Shown here piece after piece: positions 59,292-64,000 of a stretch of 64,000 bases of DNA (its first letter is position 1; each line of letters begins with the position of its first letter). Made by a program: the position numbers and the translations under genes. The DNA comes from Acinetobacter phage BS46: sequence record MN276049.1; one strand, given 5' to 3'. The notes beneath the pieces are model-generated. The model was not told the DNA's origin. It was given only the letters and a program-made list of their open reading frames with translations, and did no database searches.

Positions 59292-59513
59292 ATGGTTAAA
59301 ATTTATGGTAAGTCGTCATGCTCGGCTTGCGAAACAGCAAAAGCATATTGTCAAACAAATGGTATTGAATATGAGGCTCTAACACTTGGTAAGGATTACC
59401 AGTTAAATGAGTTTATGAAGATTGGTCAAGGTAAGTGGAAAAGTTTTCCATTGATTACTTACAATGATGAATTTGTTGGTGATTTAGAATCACTGAAAAA
59501 TATTTTAAAATAA
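59292..59513 (+). CDS. nrdH: glutaredoxin-like NrdH-type redoxin
   Basis: CSAC redox motif near the N-terminus, approx 75 aa. An ATG is chosen 9 nt after AGGAG at 59279-59283; the ORF track offers a longer 59265 start. Confidence 0.6.
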   Translation: MVKIYGKSSCSACETAKAYCQTNGIEYEALTLGKDYQLNEFMKIGQGKWKSFPLITYNDEFVGDLESLKNILK

Positions 59514-59518
59514 TTTTA

Positions 59519-59552
59519 AGATGTCAGGTCAAAAGGCTTGACATCTTTTTTA
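59519..59552 (+). terminator. intrinsic terminator with embedded downstream promoter
   Basis: AGATGTCA...TGACATCT stem then TTTTTT. TTGACA, 17 nt, AATAAT at 59538-59566 overlaps the 3' half. Confidence 0.5.
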
Positions 59553-59596
59553 TTGTCGGTAATAATATAAAAAGTTAACAAGCAATATTTTTTAGT

Positions 59597-59809
59597 GTGA
59601 GGTTTAAAATGATTAGTGTTGGTGATAAGGTAACTTATATAAAACAAACACACAGAGTTAAAGTGGATAGTGAGATAAAAGTAGGGATGTCTGGTATTGT
59701 GGTTGATAAAGACAATGACCCTGATTTAAACCACTATGTTGTTTTTATAATTGATGGTGGTAATGTGGGTGAATGGTTCTCAGAAGATGAATTGGAAGTA
59801 TATAAATGA
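59597..59809 (+). CDS. hypothetical protein
   Basis: ORF. Confidence 0.4.
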   Translation: MRFKMISVGDKVTYIKQTHRVKVDSEIKVGMSGIVVDKDNDPDLNHYVVFIIDGGNVGEWFSEDELEVYK

Positions 59810-60003
59810 AACGTTTGGACGTAAGTAATTTTAAATCTGACTATGAATATGAGCAAGCTAAGAAACGTATTAAGAAAGGTGCTGTAGAAGCTCGAAATAA
59901 GCGCTTACAGCGTGATTATGATGTTGATAGTATGTTTGTATCAGGCGAGAGTGAAAGTATTCAGGACAGCTTATATTACAGCTTAAATAAGGAGTTTTGT
60001 TAA
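59806..60003 (+). CDS. hypothetical protein
   Basis: Coupled ORF. Confidence 0.4.
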   Translation: MKRLDVSNFKSDYEYEQAKKRIKKGAVEARNKRLQRDYDVDSMFVSGESESIQDSLYYSLNKEFC

Positions 60004-60155
60004 TGGATGAGCAACGGTGGTTGGAAATTGTAGATGAGGTTGATAAAATTCTCAATGATGGAGATTGGGTTGAAGGTTTTGCTAATTTAAGCAAAGAAGA
60101 GTGTAAGTTGGTTATTTCTGTCCTTGCTAATAACATTCCTTTTACAATAGATTAG
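60003..60155 (+). CDS. small hypothetical protein (50 aa), not in ORF track
   Basis: ATG overlapping the previous stop (TAATG). Confidence 0.35.
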   Translation: MDEQRWLEIVDEVDKILNDGDWVEGFANLSKEECKLVISVLANNIPFTID

Positions 60156-60165
60156 GAATGTCTAG

Positions 60166-60402
60166 ATGAATGATATAAGTTTAAGTGAATTAAAGTTATC
60201 ACTATATACAAATGTTGATGAAGATAAGTTAAACTCTTATATTGACACACTCGTTGAACAGTGTAGAGATAAGTGGTCTGATCTTAGTCAAGATTATAAT
60301 TTGTTTGAAGAATATATTTTGGATCAATTCGATGTTGACTATTTATTTGAATCAGGTATTATAAAGATCGAGAGTGAATTTTTAAAAACTAAGGATAACT
60401 AA
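60166..60402 (+). CDS. hypothetical protein
   Basis: ORF. Confidence 0.4.
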   Translation: MNDISLSELKLSLYTNVDEDKLNSYIDTLVEQCRDKWSDLSQDYNLFEEYILDQFDVDYLFESGIIKIESEFLKTKDN

Positions 60403-60403
60403 C

Positions 60404-60886
60404 ATGTCAGATGTGAAAGTATTTAAGTTGAATAGATTTGAATTTATACCGTGGGATAATGTTGAGATTGTTCGTCATATTGGCGATGTAACTTATAAAG
60501 CATTTGATGGTAAGGTTTTTACATCAGAAGTGGTTTTGCAAGATTATATTGAAAAATCCTTGAAAGACAGAACTCGAATGCTTGCACTGGAGAAAAAGGC
60601 TGTATTGTCTAATGAAGAATTGTTTGCAATTTTTCCAAACTATAAACATCTACATAAAACACCAAAGCAAATAAAAGAATATGAAACAAGAAAATCATAT
60701 TTTTATGTAGCGAGTATTGTTGATGAGTATGGAGATGGTAGTCAAATTGCTCAATCCGACGATCTTGATAGATTAAAAGATCAATTAAATAACTATTTTG
60801 ATGCTAGATGGAATCTTGAAATGGTTTTAGAGGAAATTAAGGAGGAAGGTGATGTTAATTCTGAAACATCCGATTCAGTTGGATGA
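60404..60886 (+). CDS. hypothetical protein
   Basis: ORF. Confidence 0.4.
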   Translation: MSDVKVFKLNRFEFIPWDNVEIVRHIGDVTYKAFDGKVFTSEVVLQDYIEKSLKDRTRMLALEKKAVLSNEELFAIFPNYKHLHKTPKQIKEYETRKSYFYVASIVDEYGDGSQIAQSDDLDRLKDQLNNYFDARWNLEMVLEEIKEEGDVNSETSDSVG

Positions 60887-61169
60887 CGGGAATGTAGAAG
60901 TTGGTTATGCAATTGATGGTGATGATTTTAACATTATTTTGTATAAACTAACTATTTCTCAGAAAGGTAAGAGTGTTGGAGAAGTTGCAAGATATGTTGT
61001 AGGTTATTATTCAAGCCTTAGTGCAGTGTTACAGCGCATTTACTCATTAGAGGTAGGATTGGTAGGGTTTGAAGATTTACAAGCTCTACATGAGCGTGTA
61101 AGCTCTACAATTGACCGTTGTGTAGAGACTCTTGGTAAATTAAATTATATTCGTGGAGAGATTAAGTAA
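60849..61169 (+). CDS. hypothetical protein
   Basis: ORF. Confidence 0.4.
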   Translation: MMLILKHPIQLDDGNVEVGYAIDGDDFNIILYKLTISQKGKSVGEVARYVVGYYSSLSAVLQRIYSLEVGLVGFEDLQALHERVSSTIDRCVETLGKLNYIRGEIK

Positions 61170-61381
61170 TGAAGAAAATTGTAATTGAGCAAATGACTGA
61201 TTATTCTGATTGCGAACAATGTGGTGGTGGTTCAGAACAAGGTGGTCGAGTAACCGTTGATGGTAAGGTTGTTTTTGAGCACATTCCTGTTGGGAGTTGT
61301 TACGGAAACAATGATTTTTTCGTTGAGGACTTGCTTGTAAAAGCTCTGAATTATTTGGGATATGATGTTGAGATTAAGTAA
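61169..61381 (+). CDS. hypothetical protein with CxxC
   Basis: ORF; SDCEQCGGG motif. Confidence 0.4.
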   Translation: MKKIVIEQMTDYSDCEQCGGGSEQGGRVTVDGKVVFEHIPVGSCYGNNDFFVEDLLVKALNYLGYDVEIK

Positions 61382-61409
61382 TGGTTATGTTCGAAGAGGG
61401 CGATGAATA

Positions 61410-61715
61410 GTGACTACAAGTAAATACTATGATGATGATCGTGAATTTCAGTATAAAGAAGCAGAAAAGTTTATCCGTAAAGTTAGTGATATTGTTCTAT
61501 ACAAAGGAAAGAAATGGTTTGTTTCTGACTCAACTATGATAAAAAGCAGGGGTGGTGTTTATTACATTAATGATTGTATTTGTTGTTATACGGTTTTACG
61601 TATTAATAAGAAAAATAATCAAGTAGAGGAAATGCATCTTTATAATGATGAAATTGAAACACTACCACTAATTGCTAGTAATAACACTAAATATGTAAAA
61701 TTTGAAAAGGAGTAA
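61410..61715 (+). CDS. hypothetical protein
   Basis: ORF. Confidence 0.4.
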   Translation: MTTSKYYDDDREFQYKEAEKFIRKVSDIVLYKGKKWFVSDSTMIKSRGGVYYINDCICCYTVLRINKKNNQVEEMHLYNDEIETLPLIASNNTKYVKFEKE

Positions 61716-61717
61716 AG

Positions 61718-61963
61718 ATGAGCGCAAGAGATTATTACGATAATTTAAATTCAAACTTGAAAGTTCAAACTGAATGTAATAGAAATTCATCTGATGTAAA
61801 ATTTGACATTGATAAGTTTATTGTGTTTGGAACTAATGATTATGGTGAAACTGAACAAGTTTCAATTGGTTTAAATACTTATGAGGAAGCTAAAAGTTTT
61901 ATTGATAGACACACTAACAGAATAGGAAGTTCTTTATTTATTATGGTAACAATTAAGGAGTAA
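61718..61963 (+). CDS. hypothetical protein
   Basis: ORF. Confidence 0.4.
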   Translation: MSARDYYDNLNSNLKVQTECNRNSSDVKFDIDKFIVFGTNDYGETEQVSIGLNTYEEAKSFIDRHTNRIGSSLFIMVTIKE

Positions 61964-61965
61964 AA

Positions 61966-62622
61966 ATGTTTGATTTTAATAAAGTAAGAGTAATTGGTGT
62001 AACACAGCCTGTAGTTGATGAGATTCCAGATAGTGAAGGAATTTTAAGTTATGCAGCCCGTGTTTCAAATCCAAGTAATCAGGATAATTTTGAGACAGCA
62101 GGTAAACTATTGCAGTATTGTGTTAAGCATAAGCATTATTCTGTTTTTGAAACTTGTAATATAGTAATGGAAATCGAAACTCCACGAGATATTGCTCGTC
62201 AAATTTTACGTCACCGTTCATTTTCATTTCAAGAATTTAGTCAACGTTATGCTCAATCAACTAACTTTATTATTCGTGAGTGTAGAATGCAAGACCAAAA
62301 GAATCGTCAAAATAGTCTAGAATGTTTTGATGAGGATACTACTCATGTTTGGAAAGTTATGCAAGATGAAGTTTTAGCAGTTGTTGAGAAGAATTACCAA
62401 CACGCTCTTGATATTGGTATTGCAAAAGAAGTTGCTCGTACAATACTCCCTGAAGGATTAACAATGAGTCGAATGTATATGAATGGTACAGTGCGTTCGT
62501 GGTTACATTTCATTAATGTTCGTGATGATGAGGGTACGGCTCAGAAAGAAGTTGTTGATGTTGCTCGTAAGGCAAAAGAACAAATTCTACAACACTTTCC
62601 ATTCTTGGAGGAATTAATGTGA
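61966..62622 (+). CDS. thyX: flavin-dependent thymidylate synthase
   Basis: ThyX signature RHRSFSFQEFSQRY. Confidence 0.85.
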   Translation: MFDFNKVRVIGVTQPVVDEIPDSEGILSYAARVSNPSNQDNFETAGKLLQYCVKHKHYSVFETCNIVMEIETPRDIARQILRHRSFSFQEFSQRYAQSTNFIIRECRMQDQKNRQNSLECFDEDTTHVWKVMQDEVLAVVEKNYQHALDIGIAKEVARTILPEGLTMSRMYMNGTVRSWLHFINVRDDEGTAQKEVVDVARKAKEQILQHFPFLEELM

Positions 62623-62903
62623 ACATCTACTTAGTATCTCAAGACGATGTTTATGGTTATGATACCTACGATAGTTTTATTTGTTATGCTGAAAGTGAGG
62701 AAGAAGCTAGGTATATGTCACCAGACAACTTTTATCGTTGGATAAACGGAAGCTGGCATTTCTGCTGCTCTGACGGGACAACAAAGGAATATGGTTGTAG
62801 AAGTGATTGGAGTTTACCAAGCGAAGTTGAGGTTGAATTAATAGGTACAACAGCAGATGATGTTGAAGCTGGAGTTATCTTGGCATCTTTTAATGCTGGT
62901 TAA
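62619..62903 (+). CDS. hypothetical protein
   Basis: Coupled ORF. Confidence 0.4.
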   Translation: MNIYLVSQDDVYGYDTYDSFICYAESEEEARYMSPDNFYRWINGSWHFCCSDGTTKEYGCRSDWSLPSEVEVELIGTTADDVEAGVILASFNAG

Positions 62904-62919
62904 AAGTTAATGAAACTAT

Positions 62920-62985
62920 TTGACAACTAAAATTTAAATGGTTATATTAAGGACATGAGCAAACAGCTTGTGTCCTTTTTATTTG
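62920..62985 (+). promoter_or_regulatory. promoter (TTGACA, 17 nt, TATATT) immediately followed by hairpin and U-run
   Basis: -35 at 62920, -10 at 62943. GGACA...TGTCC stem at 62951-62975 then TTTTTATTT. Confidence 0.4.
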
Positions 62986-62994
62986 GAGATAAAT

Positions 62995-63228
62995 ATGAAG
63001 CTTAAAAAGTTTGTTTCAAAGCTAAACAAGTATTTGGAAGAAAACCCTAATGATGGAGATTTGAAAGTTACTGTGTCAAAATGGTCAAATGGAGATGTTA
63101 AAGACAAGGTTCTTGGGGTAGATATTGGTAAATCAAGACGTAATCCTGATAACACTCGCTATGACCCTGATTATGATTCTGATGAGTTACACAGAACAGA
63201 AGTTACAATAAACATTGGAGAGATTTGA
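62995..63228 (+). CDS. hypothetical protein (start at MKLKKF)
   Basis: GGAGATAAAT ATG. The upstream ATG in the ORF track lies inside the hairpin. Confidence 0.4.
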   Translation: MKLKKFVSKLNKYLEENPNDGDLKVTVSKWSNGDVKDKVLGVDIGKSRRNPDNTRYDPDYDSDELHRTEVTINIGEI

Positions 63229-63418
63229 AATGAAAACCAGAAATGAAGTGGTTAGGTTAATTCTTCTTGATTTTCTTGAGTCAAAACTTTGTACGGATTT
63301 GTTTGAAAAGACTGATAAAAGTTATGAATGGATTAATGGAGTACCTACGTTCAAAAATGAGAAAATACAAATTTGTTTTACTGGTTATTTTTATTCAAAA
63401 GTTGAGGGTTTGAAATGA
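63215..63418 (+). CDS. hypothetical protein
   Basis: ORF. Confidence 0.4.
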   Translation: MERFEMKTRNEVVRLILLDFLESKLCTDLFEKTDKSYEWINGVPTFKNEKIQICFTGYFYSKVEGLK

Positions 63419-63795
63419 CAGATTTGAATAAGTTAATAAGTGAGTTTGAGACTTGGTTCACCACTACTGATGTTTATAAAAGAATTAGCCATCAGATAGA
63501 GATGTGTGGGTCTGGAAGGCATCAAGATATATCTACTGTATTTCAGCGTGACGACTGGAATGAAGATAATTATGCGCAAGTTTCCGTTATGGCATCTTGG
63601 TTAGCATGGCAAGAAAAATCCAAAGCTCAGGTAGTACCAGATGGTTATTTTTTAGTTCCTAAAGATATTCCAGATAGAGTTGTCAGTTGTTTAGAAAACA
63701 GTAGATTCCATTGGGGTGATAGGACTCGTGATTATTACACACCTATTTATTCTTTGATGGTTGAAGTAGCAAGCGAATCGGGAGATGAGGGATGA
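63415..63795 (+). CDS. hypothetical protein
   Basis: ORF. Confidence 0.4.
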   Translation: MTDLNKLISEFETWFTTTDVYKRISHQIEMCGSGRHQDISTVFQRDDWNEDNYAQVSVMASWLAWQEKSKAQVVPDGYFLVPKDIPDRVVSCLENSRFHWGDRTRDYYTPIYSLMVEVASESGDEG

Positions 63796-63970
63796 GTGAA
63801 TACAACATCGAATTAAGTGTAATGGGTTATGTCAGCTTCACCATAACTACAGCTTGTAGTGAAGAGCATGCAAAAGAATTAGCTATTCAATACTTACAAC
63901 AAGACTATCCAGATTTAACCGCCATTGTTGTTAATGCTGAAGAAGTTAAAGAGGAAAGTGAGGATGAGTA
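63792..63970 (+). CDS. small hypothetical acidic protein
   Basis: GGGATGA overlap start; 59 aa. Confidence 0.35.
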
Positions 63971-64000
63971 AACCAAGATCAATAAAGGAAATTATAGAAC

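Noticed and set aside
41517-62622. Group I intron or intein interrupting polymerase, RNR or thyX
   Set aside because: These genes read as continuous ORFs containing all expected catalytic motifs in order; endonuclease genes lie between genes, not within them.
1-64000. CRISPR array or other regularly spaced repeat-spacer structure
   Set aside because: No series of evenly spaced direct repeats was seen; the only exact long repeat occurs twice, 39 kb apart.
1-64000. Integrase/repressor lysogeny module or defence-system-like multi-gene cassette (RT, Cas, TA with recognisable toxin)
   Set aside because: No tyrosine/serine recombinase, CI-like repressor or reverse transcriptase motifs were recognised; the small-ORF cassettes lack identifiable toxin or nuclease signatures beyond the homing endonucleases.

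Overview
The window looks like most of the genome of a virulent, AT-rich tailed phage with a contractile tail; no integrase or repressor was seen. I did not find a recognisable, clearly novel multi-gene system. The main unexplained items are two long noncoding tracts that share a conserved repeat module, an extra ClpP-like protease in the early operon, and atypical tRNA-like elements.

Layout, left to right:
- 12..5791 (minus strand): a leftward early operon of small proteins, plus an embedded i-spanin/o-spanin pair, a ClpP-like protease, an HNH/AP2 endonuclease and PhoH.
- 5792..6087: divergent promoter region, followed by a GIY-YIG endonuclease (6088..6792).
- 6793..7685: about 0.9 kb of noncoding sequence with at least two tRNAs and other structured or repeated elements.
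- 7686..36434 (plus strand): a late structural block. Order: SleB-like hydrolase, small and large terminase, portal, S49 protease-scaffold fusion, decoration protein, major capsid, neck proteins, collagen-like fibre, sheath, paralogous tube proteins, chaperone with candidate frameshift, tape measure, Mu/P2-type baseplate (hub, V-like spike, W, J, I), collar-domain fibre, two holins, GH19 endolysin, two paralogous tail fibres.
- 36437..63970 (plus strand): a replication and nucleotide-metabolism block. It opens with an iteron-like origin and initiator. Identified products: primase-helicase, family B polymerase, FEN-type exonuclease, DnaQ-like exonuclease, MazG-like protein, class I ribonucleotide reductase (NrdA, NrdB, NrdH), ThyX, HNH/AP2 endonucleases, tRNA-Arg and a tRNA-like element. 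Many small ORFs of unknown function lie between these genes.

The embedded spanin pair and a single-domain GH19 lysin suggest a Gram-negative, low-GC host. All domain calls come from motif recognition by eye, so treat family assignments as hypotheses to check with profile searches.
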